DNA of 64,000 nucleotides from Terriglobia bacterium (GTDB lineage: Bacteria > Acidobacteriota > Terriglobia > Bryobacterales > Bryobacteraceae). The first letter of the stretch is position 1; the number at the start of each line of letters is the position of its first letter. The notes under the pieces are model-generated. The model was given only the letters and a program-made list of their open reading frames with translations, made no database searches and was not told the DNA's origin. The position numbers and the translations under genes are program-made. The stretch lies in NCBI GenBank assembly GCA_963718155.1, contig CAVQYP010000004.1, positions 373,943-437,942 on the forward strand, written 5' to 3'. Shown one piece after another: positions 21,259 to 31,096 of the stretch.

Positions 21259-21666
21259 TGCGGACCCCGGTATTCGACGGACAATTCGCTCGTTTCGTGG
21301 ACGCGTACTGAGGACAGATGAGCGGGCGCCGGAATCGCGGAGACGAGGCGATTCCAGATATCGATCGAGATATTTTCGACTGTGGGCACGATGCGGTCGA
21401 ACGGCTCGACTTCACGGTTCAAAAGTCTGTGATCGTAAATGTTTATTACCCTGTCTTCAAGAATTTCCTTGAGCTGTTTCAGATCGAGGACCATGCCGGT
21501 GACCGGATCGGGATCACCTTCGATAGCCGACCTCGATCACATAATTGTGTCCATGGCCGAGCGGATTCGCTGCCGCGCCGTACACCCGGTCATTCTCGGC
21601 ATCAGAGAGCAGGGAGGAACGGCAGATGTGCGAGGCGGAGAATTCGACTTTCTTCGAGATCACCAT
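21255..21666 (-). pseudogene. Second PTPS/QueD-family paralogue, one frame break near 21528
   Basis: The N-terminal part MVISKKVEFSASHICR..ANPLGHGHNYVIEV (from 21666) is out of frame with the C-terminal part GMVLDLKQLKEILEDRV..VRVHETS (21255-21494). Confidence 0.65.
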
Positions 21667-21716
21667 GTCATGTTGGACGCCGATATCTGGTTCAATAGAA
21701 TTATAGGAAACCAGCC

Positions 21717-22244
21717 ATGAAGCTTGATCGCATCCAACTCGATCGGATCCTTCAGATCGGCATCTGCGTGATGCTCTTCGCCTTTGTGGGAGTGCTCTAT
21801 CAATCGCTGCACGACAATGTCGTAAAGGCAGGGGACAAAGCTCCGGCCTTCAGCCTCCAGGCCGACAATGGAAAAACGATCACGGCCCGCGATTTCGGCG
21901 GCAAGCTTTTGCTGCTCAACTTCTGGGCTTCCTGGTGCGCCCCCTGCGTAGACGAGGTTCCGGCCATGGACCAGATGGCGCGGGAACTGGGTCCGAAGGG
22001 CCTTGTGGTCCTTGCGATCAGTCAGGACGAGGACCCGAGCGCTTATAAGCAGTTTCTGGACCGCAATCCGGTTTCTTTCATGACCGTACGGGATCCCAGC
22101 AAGAAAGTTCAGTTGCGCTACGGAACCACGCTGATCCCGGAAAGTTACCTGATCGATCGCGATGGCAAGGTGATTGAGAAGTTCGTCTCGTCGCAGAACT
22201 GGGCATCACCCCGAATGATTCAGCATGTCCAGTCCCTTCTCTAG
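21717..22244 (+). CDS. TlpA/redoxin-family thiol-disulfide oxidoreductase
   Basis: N-terminal TM helix. LLLNFWASWCAPCVDEVP contains a thioredoxin CxxC motif. Confidence 0.8.
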   Translation: MKLDRIQLDRILQIGICVMLFAFVGVLYQSLHDNVVKAGDKAPAFSLQADNGKTITARDFGGKLLLLNFWASWCAPCVDEVPAMDQMARELGPKGLVVLAISQDEDPSAYKQFLDRNPVSFMTVRDPSKKVQLRYGTTLIPESYLIDRDGKVIEKFVSSQNWASPRMIQHVQSLL

Positions 22245-23683
22245 TGAACGCCGCCTTCCGGGCTCGGCGAAGAAGAGAATTGTCGATCTCGTCGGTGCCC
22301 GCGGATACCTCGACCAGCCAGCCGATCTGACGCTTTACGAATACGACGGAAGCGTTGATAAGGCGCGGCCTGAACTCGTCGTTTTTCCCCGGACGACGGA
22401 CGAAGTCGCCGCAATCGTGAAGATCGCAGCGGAGCATGGCGTGCCGATCACTGGGCGGGGCGCCGGTACGGGTTTGAGCGGTGGGGCCATTCCGCGCGAA
22501 GGCGGGATTACGATCGGCTTCTCGCGCATGAACCGAATTCTCGAGATCGATCTCGAGAATGAGCGCGCGGTTCTGCAGCCGGGAGTTGTGAATCTCGACA
22601 TTACTCTTGCGGTGCAATCAGCCGGCTATTTTTACGCGCCGGACCCTTCCAGCCAGCGCGCATGCACGATTGGCGGAAACGTGGCGGAGAACTCGGGAGG
22701 GCCGCACACGCTGGCTTATGGCGTAACGACGAACCATGTTCTGGGCCTCGAGTTTGTCATGCCCGACGGCACAATTCATATGACCGGCGGCAAGGAACAG
22801 GATCTTCCGGGCTATGACCTGACCGGGCTTCTTACGGGGTCCGAAGGCACCATGGCGCTGGTGACAAAGATCATTGTGCGGCTCATGCGGCAGCCGGAGA
22901 AGGTGAAAACGCTGCTTGCCGTTTACAATTCTCCTTCCGACGCGGCCGACACGGTGGCGGAGATCACCGCGTGCGCAATTACGCCCGTTGCAGTCGAGAT
23001 GCTCGATGGTGAAATGCTTCGGATGGTGGAAGTGGCGACCCACGCAGGCTATCCGATGGACGCGGCAGCAGTGCTGCTGATCGAACTGGAAGGACTTGTC
23101 GAAGCGGTGGAAGAGCAGACAGAGCAGATTCGCGACGGTTTGCGAGCGATGCGGCGCGCGTGAGTTCCGGGTCGCGAAGTCGGCAGAAGAACGGGAATTG
23201 CTGTGGAAGGGACGTAAGAACGCTTTCGGCGCGGTAGGCCGGGTCAGTTCGTCGTATTATGTGCAGGATGGTGTCGTCCCGCGGACACAGGTGGCGCCCA
23301 CGCTGCGGTATATCGCCGAAGTCGCGAAGCGTCACGACGTTCGCATCAGCAACATTTTTCATGCTGGGGACGGCAATCTGCATCCCATCATTCTTTTCAA
23401 CTCGCATCTGCCGGGTGAACTGGATCGGGCGCGCGCGGCCGGGGAAGATATTCTCAGCTATTGCATTTCGGTAGGTGGGTCGATCACTGGCGAACACGGG
23501 GTGGGCATGGAGAAAAATGAATTGATGGACAAGCTGTTTCCGGCGGCTTCCCTCGATTACATGAAGAAGTTCAAGACTCTGTTTGATCCGCAAGACAAGC
23601 TCAATCCGGGGAAGGTTTTGCCGACCGGGCGCGGTTGTCTGGAGATCCGGCAAGCGCCGCTTACCCGCCGCACCGCTGTGTAA
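22225..23683 (+). pseudogene. FAD-linked oxidase (GlcD-like), single frame break near 23135
   Basis: The FAD_binding_4 region (VVFPRTTDEVAAIVKIAAEHGVPITGRGAGTGLSGGA) is in 22225-23163. The C-terminal region (GDGNLHP..GSITGEHGVG..KLNPGKV) is in 23096-23683, in a different frame. Confidence 0.75.
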
Positions 23684-23688
23684 GAGGT

Positions 23689-23712
23689 GTAACCGGCGAC
23701 AAGATCGCCGGC
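23689..23712. repeat. REP-like intergenic hairpin, copy 4 (GTAACCGGCGACAAGATCGCCGGC)
   Basis: Perfect 7-bp stem CCGGCGA/TCGCCGG with CAAGA loop. Lies between convergent stops at 23683 and 23725. Confidence 0.6.
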
Positions 23713-23724
23713 CCCCACTCGCGC

Positions 23725-24246
23725 TCAGATCAGGGCGAACGGGGGAGTGTTGTGGACGTTACTCGCAGCTCGGTTGATGTTGCCCTCGGCGATTCGCGTT
23801 AAGGTTTGATCGGATGTCTTTTCCTCGCCGAGAATTTCGTCGAGCAGGCTTGCCACTTCCTCAAGACCCAGTGTTCGCGCGAAGGAAACAAGCGAACCGT
23901 ACAAGCCGATCTCATAATGTTCGATTTGATTCGCCGAAAAGATCAGCGACGCGTCCATCAGGGGCGAGCGGTCGAGATGGGCGATCATTTTTTCGCTCTC
24001 TTCCACTAATATCCGTATGGGCTCGCTCTTCTCGGCCGCCGGCGCGCGATCCAGGCGGGTGAATACCTGTTCGAGACGATAAACATGCCCTTTAGTCTCG
24101 ACCGTGTGGACGTCCAGAGCATGTTTCAGCTCCTGAGAGGAAGCGGATTCGCTCATCTTCGGCAGATGCTTCAGCAGAAGATGTTCGCAGTCCCAGGCGT
24201 ACTCCAGGCCGCGCTGGAACAGGTCTGACAGGTTATCGAGCAACAT
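23725..24246 (-). CDS. DUF892 / YciE-YciF-like ferritin-like protein
   Basis: 173 aa, helical. The N-terminus LLDNLSDLFQRGLEYAWDCEHLLLKHLPKM and the later ..ALDVHTVETKGHVYRLEQVF.. match the YciF-type pattern as I recall it. Confidence 0.7.
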   Translation of the reverse strand: MLLDNLSDLFQRGLEYAWDCEHLLLKHLPKMSESASSQELKHALDVHTVETKGHVYRLEQVFTRLDRAPAAEKSEPIRILVEESEKMIAHLDRSPLMDASLIFSANQIEHYEIGLYGSLVSFARTLGLEEVASLLDEILGEEKTSDQTLTRIAEGNINRAASNVHNTPPFALI

Positions 24247-24304
24247 GGGAATTCTCTCCTGTTGTCGTGAAGATTAGCACGTCACGGGCCAAATGTGCCA
24301 GAGC

Positions 24305-25390
24305 TTATTCCGTTTGCTTAAAGGGCCAGAGCTTGAAAAACTCTGCGTGAAATACAAGCAGCGGGAACGTGACCCCCAGGAGAGCCGACGCGATCCACAG
24401 TTCGAAGTCATAAGCGGGTGGGCCGGCTTTCAAAGGTCCCGTCACCCGGCTGGACAGAGCATTATAAACCTCGAAGAGCAGCGTTCCGACCACAACGACG
24501 GTGGCGAAGTTGCAAAATCCCTTCAGGGGCTGTTTGAGTTTCGAGTACAAAGAACCCTGCAGCATGTTCAAAACTATGATCGTGCCGAAGATGAATGCCA
24601 CCGGGACATGCACCATGAAAGAAACAACGTCCATGTTCAGGGCTATGACCCCGATGTAATAGGCAACGAATCCCCCAATGAGGCAGATCAGAGTCCAGAC
24701 AATACCGAGAGCCGGCTGCTTCATGATTCGGGGAAACTTTGTCAGCGGCCAGAGATCGAAGCTGAGCATCAGGAACATGACCGCAATGACCGTCACGTAA
24801 TATACGACGGCGCTCCATGCGTTGAAGAGCCCTTGTGGATCGAGCGACGCCACATATACGGGCGCCCCGCGCATGAATGCGTAGTTGAAACATACCCGGA
24901 AGATGACATATGCGACCAGATAGCATGACGCCAGCATCGCAAGTCCGGCCGGCACCGGCCTCGCAATCATACTCATGAACGGCCAGCCGCCCCACATGAT
25001 CGAAGCCGCGAAAGTAGTGAGAACAACAATAATGATGAACATCAGCAGGAATGGGGTGGGCGGGTTGATGCCGCCGTTCACCGTATAGAAGAAGAGGGCG
25101 CCGGTAACGACGCCAGCCACAAGCGTGAGCAGAGCCAGCAACACACCTCTCGCAGGCTGACTTCGCGATGCGGCAAATCGCGGATGCTTTGTAGCCCACG
25201 TAATACCGATGACGATCTGCATGGGGATCACGCATTCAATGCAGTAGGCTACCCACCCGGTAAACGTGGAAAGCTCGAAAAGCGAGATAAAGGCGAGTGA
25301 GATGGCAACGATCACAGCGGTCGCGATCAGGCCCGCGGCTGGCTGGTGAGGTGAAACAGACCTGGGTTCTGGTTTTGCGTTTTCTGGCAT
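24305..25390 (-). CDS. Polytopic membrane protein of unknown function
   Basis: The ORF extends to 25753, but the region upstream of ATG 25390 is repeat or promoter DNA. From 25390 there are 361 aa with about 10 hydrophobic helices. Confidence 0.6.
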   Translation of the reverse strand: MPENAKPEPRSVSPHQPAAGLIATAVIVAISLAFISLFELSTFTGWVAYCIECVIPMQIVIGITWATKHPRFAASRSQPARGVLLALLTLVAGVVTGALFFYTVNGGINPPTPFLLMFIIIVVLTTFAASIMWGGWPFMSMIARPVPAGLAMLASCYLVAYVIFRVCFNYAFMRGAPVYVASLDPQGLFNAWSAVVYYVTVIAVMFLMLSFDLWPLTKFPRIMKQPALGIVWTLICLIGGFVAYYIGVIALNMDVVSFMVHVPVAFIFGTIIVLNMLQGSLYSKLKQPLKGFCNFATVVVVGTLLFEVYNALSSRVTGPLKAGPPAYDFELWIASALLGVTFPLLVFHAEFFKLWPFKQTE

Positions 25391-25425
25391 GCGGTCTCCG
25401 ATTTCGGTCCCTGGTAGCGTATCAT

Positions 25426-25469
25426 GGTTTCCCAGGAAAGGGTTTCCCGGGACAGGGTTTCCCGGACAG
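25426..25469. promoter_or_regulatory. Three tandem direct repeats GGTTTCCC(A/G)GGA(A/C)AG in a divergent promoter region
   Basis: Repeats at 25426-25440 (GGTTTCCCAGGAAAG), 25441-25455 (GGTTTCCCGGGACAG) and 25456-25469 (GGTTTCCCGGACAG). The first contains the dyad TTTCC..GGAAA. They lie 21 nt upstream of the dioxygenase start. Confidence 0.55.
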
Positions 25470-25489
25470 CTTGAGATAACGGGAACGCT

Positions 25490-26392
25490 ATGCGCGCAAT
25501 CGACGAAAACACAATCACAGACGCTGCCATCGAGCAGATGTCTTCCACGCCGGATCCACGTTTCCGGGAGATCATGGCCGCCGCCGTTCGCCATCTTCAC
25601 GCCTTTGCGCGCGAAGTGGATCTGACACCGGAGGAGTGGCTGGAAGGAATCAAATTCCTCACGGCGACGGGCCAGATGTGTACGGCTTTTCGCCAGGAGT
25701 TCATTCTGCTCTCCGACACTCTGGGGCTGAGCAGCCTGGTCAATTCGCTGCATGACAAGCGAGCGACGGAATCCAGCACGAAATCGAGTTTACTGGGTCC
25801 GTTCTATCGCCAGGATTCGCCGACTTTTGAGTTAGGGCAATCGATTGCCGTAAAAGCAAAAGGACCCGAGATCGGTATCTACGGCCGCATCACAGATGCG
25901 GACGGGCGCGGCGTTCCGCACGCATCAATAGAGATCTGGCAACCCGACGAAGATGGGGACTATGACCTGCAGAAGCACGATCCGAAGGAGATGGATCTGC
26001 GCGGGCGGTTTTATACCAATGCCGAAGGCGGCTATTACCTGCGTACCATTCGCCCGCTCGGTTACATGATTCCGATGGATGGGCCGGTGGGCGACATGAT
26101 CCGTGCCCAGAAACGCCACGGTTTTCGCCCCGCGCATATTCATTTCCTCATCGGCGCGCCGGGATACCGGGAGGTGGTGACGGCGCTGTACATTTCCGGC
26201 GATGACCATATCGATTCTGACACCGTCTTCGGGGTGACTGACTCTCTTGTGGCGGAAGTCAGGCCTGACGACCAAGCCTCTCCGTTTGGAAGCCTTCCGG
26301 CCATCCGGTTCGACTTCACGCTGGCTGCGGCGAGTGACGCCCATTCGGGGCGTGTTGGCGCGGATCCTTCACAGATAACTGCCACCGCATAA
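25490..26392 (+). CDS. Intradiol ring-cleavage dioxygenase (hydroxyquinol/catechol 1,2-dioxygenase)
   Basis: The Dioxygenase_N-like N-terminus is followed by a catalytic core with GRPAHIHF-type motif (HGFRPAHIHFLIGAPGY). 300 aa. Confidence 0.85.
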   Translation: MRAIDENTITDAAIEQMSSTPDPRFREIMAAAVRHLHAFAREVDLTPEEWLEGIKFLTATGQMCTAFRQEFILLSDTLGLSSLVNSLHDKRATESSTKSSLLGPFYRQDSPTFELGQSIAVKAKGPEIGIYGRITDADGRGVPHASIEIWQPDEDGDYDLQKHDPKEMDLRGRFYTNAEGGYYLRTIRPLGYMIPMDGPVGDMIRAQKRHGFRPAHIHFLIGAPGYREVVTALYISGDDHIDSDTVFGVTDSLVAEVRPDDQASPFGSLPAIRFDFTLAAASDAHSGRVGADPSQITATA

Positions 26393-26654
26393 GTCAGATA
26401 ACCGCAACCGCGTACATCGTTCCACACGAGTCACGGTGACGTTTCCGCTAAGTCCGCAGGCGGTATGCTGGGCGCACTCCGGTCGGGTGGTGTGTACTGC
26501 TTCGCGCAACGGGCGCTTCCTGGCTTGCACTGTTCGGTAAAAACCTGAACTTCCGCGATGTTCAGTACTCAGGCGGCGCGAGCCTTACGTAAAAAAATGT
26601 AAGTGCCAAAATATCAAGGCTAGAATAAGTAACTTCAGGGCAAGCCCGGTTAAG

Positions 26655-27200
26655 ATGGCCGATTTACTGTTTCAGGAGAGAATGTCTGAAGATCCGGACG
26701 CACCGATGTCTGTCCCGATAAGTGCAGGCGAACCTCGGGTTGACGCCGAAAGGGACCGTCCAGGTGGCCGGCCGCGTTTCCGGATTTTACTTGTCGAAGA
26801 TAACCGCGCCGACGTATTCCTGGTAGAGGAAGCCCTCAAGGCCCACGGTGTTCCGGCGGATATTCACGCGGTTGAGGACGGTGCGGAAGCAGTTGCCGTT
26901 ATCGAGCGGGCCGAGAGCGATCCGGATGCATTCTTTCCTGGCATCGTCGTGCTCGACCTCAACCTTCCCAAAAAGAGCGGAGCTGAAGTCCTGCGCCTGA
27001 TGAGGCAAAGCCCACGTTTCAAGACGTTGCCCGTAATCGTACTCACGTCGTCGGATTCGATCAGAGACCGCACCGAAGTGGCGCGCCTGGGGGCCAACAG
27101 ATACTTCCGGAAGCCCGCGACTTACGATGAATTCCTTGAGGTCGGCGCCGTCCTGAACGAGATGCTGGCTGAGATCGAAGATAAAAAAGGCACAAACTGA
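26655..27200 (+). CDS. Stand-alone response regulator (receiver domain only)
   Basis: ILLVEDNRADVFLV, VLDLNLPKKSG and PVIVLTSS are receiver-domain motifs. There is no output domain. Confidence 0.8.
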   Translation: MADLLFQERMSEDPDAPMSVPISAGEPRVDAERDRPGGRPRFRILLVEDNRADVFLVEEALKAHGVPADIHAVEDGAEAVAVIERAESDPDAFFPGIVVLDLNLPKKSGAEVLRLMRQSPRFKTLPVIVLTSSDSIRDRTEVARLGANRYFRKPATYDEFLEVGAVLNEMLAEIEDKKGTN

Positions 27201-27217
27201 ACGGGTATGTACTACGT

Positions 27218-28309
27218 TCATTGCGCAATCATCTTCAGAATCATCCCCGTGTCGGTCGCGAGCCAGACGTGACTTTCGTCCGGCCCGGCGATGATGGCGC
27301 TGTGGGCGACGGCGCGATAGTCGACCGGCATCTCTGTCCAGTGTTCGAGATCATCGCTGGTCAAAACCTTTAGCTTGCCGGGAATGGGGCTTCGGTAGAT
27401 CGTGCCCATCGTCTCGTAACCGGCGATGATCGCCCGTTCCGAACCCGCAAAGGCGCGGACGTCGGTAATCGCGCGGTTCTTCTCGCGAAAGGCGCTTTCG
27501 CTCTTGCCGGTGTGCAGATTAATGCGGTAAACCTCGCTGGGATATTCGAATTGGTCTCTGTATTCGGTCAATGCGAGCGCGGTGCCCTGAGGCGTCATGC
27601 TGACGCGCGTCACCTGGCCGAACACGGACGCTTCACTCTTGGTCCAGGATTTTCCCGCATTGTTGGTCTCGATCAGAACTCCGTAGCTCGGCAACTGGCG
27701 GCGCTTCGACGCCTGCTCCGGTTCCATCCAGGTCGGACCGCCCGGGCGCGGCGGAATGTTCCAGCCCGTGATGATGCCATTGTTTCCGGAAAATTCTATG
27801 GACCCGAAGGTGGTAAAGGTCGGGTCGCCCTGCACTTCTTTGGCGATAGGAAGAAGGGTCCACGTCTGGCCGCCATCCGTTGTCTCGAATATTCGTTTCT
27901 CAAGGCCCGCAGCGTAACCGTGGTTCTTGTCCAGAAACCAGACTCGCAGCATGCCGGATGGCGCTTTGGCCAGCTTTGTCCAGCTGCGCCCGGATTCCTC
28001 GGTACGCCAGATGCCCTTTTCGGTCACCATCCAGCCGGTGGAATCGTCGAGGAAGAACATCGCGAGACCGGCCTCTTTGACGGGCGTTTCGCTCCAGCGC
28101 TGACCACCGTCGCTGGTGACGAGAACGATCGGGCGGTCTTTGTCGTGACGGTCGGTACTGAAACCGCAGGCGATGCCGCGCGCTGCAGAAGGAAACTTCA
28201 GGTCATTGATGGTGAGGGTACTATCGATCTGCCGGTACTGATACTGAATATCCCAATGAGGATCATCCCCGAATGCAAGGGCGGTAACCGTTAGTAATCC
28301 GAATAACAA
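27218..28309 (-). CDS. Ycf48/BNR-like beta-propeller protein
   Basis: Repeated S/TDGGQxW motifs (TSDGGQRWSE, TEESGRSWTK, TTDGGQTWTL, TNNAGKSWTK). TTG start, short signal-like N-terminus. Confidence 0.7.
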   Translation of the reverse strand: MLFGLLTVTALAFGDDPHWDIQYQYRQIDSTLTINDLKFPSAARGIACGFSTDRHDKDRPIVLVTSDGGQRWSETPVKEAGLAMFFLDDSTGWMVTEKGIWRTEESGRSWTKLAKAPSGMLRVWFLDKNHGYAAGLEKRIFETTDGGQTWTLLPIAKEVQGDPTFTTFGSIEFSGNNGIITGWNIPPRPGGPTWMEPEQASKRRQLPSYGVLIETNNAGKSWTKSEASVFGQVTRVSMTPQGTALALTEYRDQFEYPSEVYRINLHTGKSESAFREKNRAITDVRAFAGSERAIIAGYETMGTIYRSPIPGKLKVLTSDDLEHWTEMPVDYRAVAHSAIIAGPDESHVWLATDTGMILKMIAQ

Positions 28310-28340
28310 TGCGTAACATCGGTGCGTAAACTCCAGCGTC

Positions 28341-28946
28341 TCATACGCGCGGCCGCGCGGGGCCGGACGCCAGCACCAACTCGGCGTGGTTAATGGATTC
28401 CACGGTTGACGGGGACATCCGCGCCAGCGCGAGCGCGCAGCCGACCTGTTCGCCGAGCGTGGTGAGCACTTCCATTTCGCCGCCCGTGTGCTGGTGAGCT
28501 TGCCGGTGCTGTACGTTAATCACCCCGACGACCTTATTCCGCGCAATCACCGGGGCCGAGAGAAATGCCTCGAACGTGTCTTCGGGAAGTTCGCCGAAAT
28601 ACTTGAACCGCGGATCGCGGTAAGCCTCGCGCGAAATCGCCAGCAAGCGGCGTTCTCGCGCCACCCATCCGGTCAGGCCCTCATTGAGTTTCAGGCGAAT
28701 CCGGCCGATTTCCGCGTCATGGTGCGTATTGGAAGCGCAGAGCACGAGATTGTCGGCGTCGCACAAATAAACGAGGCACGAATCGCACTCCGTATACTCG
28801 ACCACCAGCGAAACAATCCCCTGCAGAACCTCCTGAAGAGTCATGTCTCGAACCATGAAACGGCTGACCTTCTGGAACAGCCGCAGCTGTTGTTCGATCC
28901 GCTGGAAGCGGCTTTCGAGGTCCTTTGCCTTCGACACGGCTTTCAT
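28341..28946 (-). CDS. GAF-domain protein
   Basis: The ORF extends to 29297. The likely start at 28946 gives MKAVSKAKDLESRF.. The GAF core is LNEGLTGWVARERRLLAI..SAPVIARNKVVGVINVQH. Confidence 0.75.
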   Translation of the reverse strand: MKAVSKAKDLESRFQRIEQQLRLFQKVSRFMVRDMTLQEVLQGIVSLVVEYTECDSCLVYLCDADNLVLCASNTHHDAEIGRIRLKLNEGLTGWVARERRLLAISREAYRDPRFKYFGELPEDTFEAFLSAPVIARNKVVGVINVQHRQAHQHTGGEMEVLTTLGEQVGCALALARMSPSTVESINHAELVLASGPARPRV

Positions 28947-28959
28947 TATAGTGTAAAGT

Positions 28960-30168
28960 TTGCCTGAAACCGCCCAGCTCTCCGCGCCCAGCAATACACT
29001 GCGGATCGAGTACTCAAGGATAGAAATCGAGAGGATTCGCCAGAGGGCGTGTGCGGGGCTCTTAGCCCTGCCACGCGGGGGCATGGGCGTCGGCGGGCTG
29101 CTGATCGGCGAGATCGTATTGACTGAAGGAAAAGCGGGAGAAGAGCACTGCCTCAACGTCCGGGTATTGGGCTCGATCGATATTCCGTGCTCGCATGCCG
29201 CCGGTCCCGCTTTCCGGCTAACAGCCGCCGAAATCGAGCGGGGCAGGGAACTGATAGCCCTTGCGCCGGGACGCGTTATTGGATGGTATTGCTCCAAAAC
29301 ACGGGGCGCCGCGACGCTCGGCGAGGCCGAACTTGCGCTGCATCGGGATTTGTTCCCGGAACCCGGTCGAATCGCTTTGATGGTTCGCCCGAGTACCGTC
29401 CAATCCAGCCATGCGGTCTTCTTTTATGCCGACCAGAACGGCCAGGTGGTTAAAGGAATCGAATCGGAACTGGACGAATGGGTTGGAGAGGAGAATGTCC
29501 CGGAAAAGGATGCCTCGAGATTCGATCTGCGCCCGTTAACCCCAGAGTCCCAACCGGCTCCGCCGCTGGAACCGGAACCCGCGCGGCCTGCCACCTCGAA
29601 GGTGCGGCCGCCGACGCCGGGTGTTTCGGGCAGGAAGCCGGTAACCACCCCGTCGTTGGGGTATTCAACCACCGCTCCCGCCGAGCGCCGCCGGTTTGGT
29701 TTGATCGCACTAATCGCACTTCTGGTTGCGGGAGTACTGGCTTTTCTGACTCAGAATTTCTGGCTTCCCCGGCCGCCTCTGAAGCTCGCAGTCAGTGAGG
29801 CAGGTGGAGTTCTCACGATCCGATGGAACGCCCCAGCCGTTCGTGGAATCGATTCCGCTTCGCTGTTCGTGAACGACGGTGGAAAGCTGAGGACACTATC
29901 TCTCGACCGCTTCGTTTTGAAACGGGGTTTTCTCACCTACGAGCCGATATCCGAGCGCGTCAACGCAACACTTTCCGCCCGCAACTCCAAGGCGATGATC
30001 GGTTGGTTTGCGTCGGCGCCCAGAGCCGTGCCGGATTCGACGCCGTCGTCGCAACCTGAACCCCGAACTCCGGTCGCTCAAGCTCCGACGCCGGCATTCC
30101 AGATTCCGACGGCCTCGGCCGTTGATACATCTGCGGATAAGCTCTGCGAACGACTGCCGGTGTCATAA
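28960..30168 (+). CDS. Membrane protein with an N-terminal MPN/JAB-like domain lacking the JAMM metal motif, a Pro-rich linker, one TM helix and an extracytoplasmic C-terminal domain
   Basis: GWYCSKTRG occupies the place of the GWYHSHP-type motif. Linker: PAPPLEPEPARPATSKVRPPTPG. TM helix: FGLIALIALLVAGVLAFL. TTG start only 13 bp from the divergent GAF gene start. Confidence 0.5.
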   Translation: MPETAQLSAPSNTLRIEYSRIEIERIRQRACAGLLALPRGGMGVGGLLIGEIVLTEGKAGEEHCLNVRVLGSIDIPCSHAAGPAFRLTAAEIERGRELIALAPGRVIGWYCSKTRGAATLGEAELALHRDLFPEPGRIALMVRPSTVQSSHAVFFYADQNGQVVKGIESELDEWVGEENVPEKDASRFDLRPLTPESQPAPPLEPEPARPATSKVRPPTPGVSGRKPVTTPSLGYSTTAPAERRRFGLIALIALLVAGVLAFLTQNFWLPRPPLKLAVSEAGGVLTIRWNAPAVRGIDSASLFVNDGGKLRTLSLDRFVLKRGFLTYEPISERVNATLSARNSKAMIGWFASAPRAVPDSTPSSQPEPRTPVAQAPTPAFQIPTASAVDTSADKLCERLPVS

Positions 30169-30183
30169 TCGAAAATCTACTTC

Positions 30184-31096
30184 ATGCCCATTCGCAGCAT
30201 GACCGGCTTTGCCCGGGTCTCACGCTCTACCCCGTCAGGCGAACTGGTCCTTTCCATTAAAACGGTGAATCACCGGGGACTGGATATGCACTTCCACATG
30301 CCGCTCGATTTCGATGCGGTGGAAAATGCCTTGCGCGCTGCCGTGAGGAAGCGCGTCGCCCGCGGCCATGTGCAGTTGCAGGTGAACCTGAGGCGGACGG
30401 ATGGCGCTCGCGGTGGCCACGATGATCAACGAACCTTTGCTGCGTGCATGGCTCGACACCTTTCGAGATCTTGCCGGCCGGTTCGGAATCGAGTCTCTGC
30501 CGGATCTCAACCAGGCCCTTCGGTTGCCTGGCATGATGGAATCCCGCCCGGAGCATTCCGCGACGGGGTCGCCGGCCGACGAAACCGTGGAAAATGACGC
30601 GCTCGCCGCTGCGGCGGAAGCGCTCGATCAGCTCGACGCGTTCCGGGCGCGCGAGGGCGCAGCCATCGAAGACGAAATTCGCATGCGCTCAGCGTCCATT
30701 CGCGGAATTGTGCAGCGCATGGAGGAGATCCGCAGCCGCGCCCTGCCGTTTTTTCAGCAGAGGCTTCGCGATCGTCTCGGTGAAATGCTCGGAGGCGCGC
30801 AGATCGATCCCGCGAGAATCGTTCAGGAGGCGGCGATTCTTGCGGAACGAAGCGACATCAGCGAGGAACTTGTTCGGTTAAAAACCCATGCGGATCAAGC
30901 TGACGCCCTCCTCTCGGCCGAAGGTGAAACCGGCAAAAAGCTGGATTTTCTTCTCCAGGAGATGAATCGCGAAACCAACACGATCCTTTCGAAGACGGGC
31001 GGCCTCGGAGAAGCGGGTTTGTGTTTGACGGACCTGGGGCTCGCCACCAAAGCCGAAATCGACAGGATCCGGGAGCAGGCTCTGAACATCGAATGA
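30184..31096 (+). pseudogene. yicC: YicC-family stress-induced protein, single frame break near 30400
   Basis: The N-terminus MPIRSMTGFAR..SIKTVNHRGLD (30184-) and the C-terminus KKLDFLLQEMNRETNTILSK..EIDRIREQALNIE (30401-31096) are in different frames. Confidence 0.75.

Noticed and set aside
25391-25753. N-terminal extension of ORF 24305-25753 containing the peptide repeat PGNPVPGNPFLGN.
   Set aside because: The peptide repeat is just the translation of the triple DNA repeat in the promoter region. The hydrophobic protein proper starts at the ATG at 25390, and the extension overlaps the dioxygenase gene on the other strand.
26590-26654. Possible promoter (TAGAAT -10-like hexamer) and CTTAC-N10-GTAAG palindrome upstream of the stand-alone response regulator.
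   Set aside because: The -35 match is poor and the spacing is uncertain. AT-richness alone is not enough to annotate a promoter without transcription start site data.
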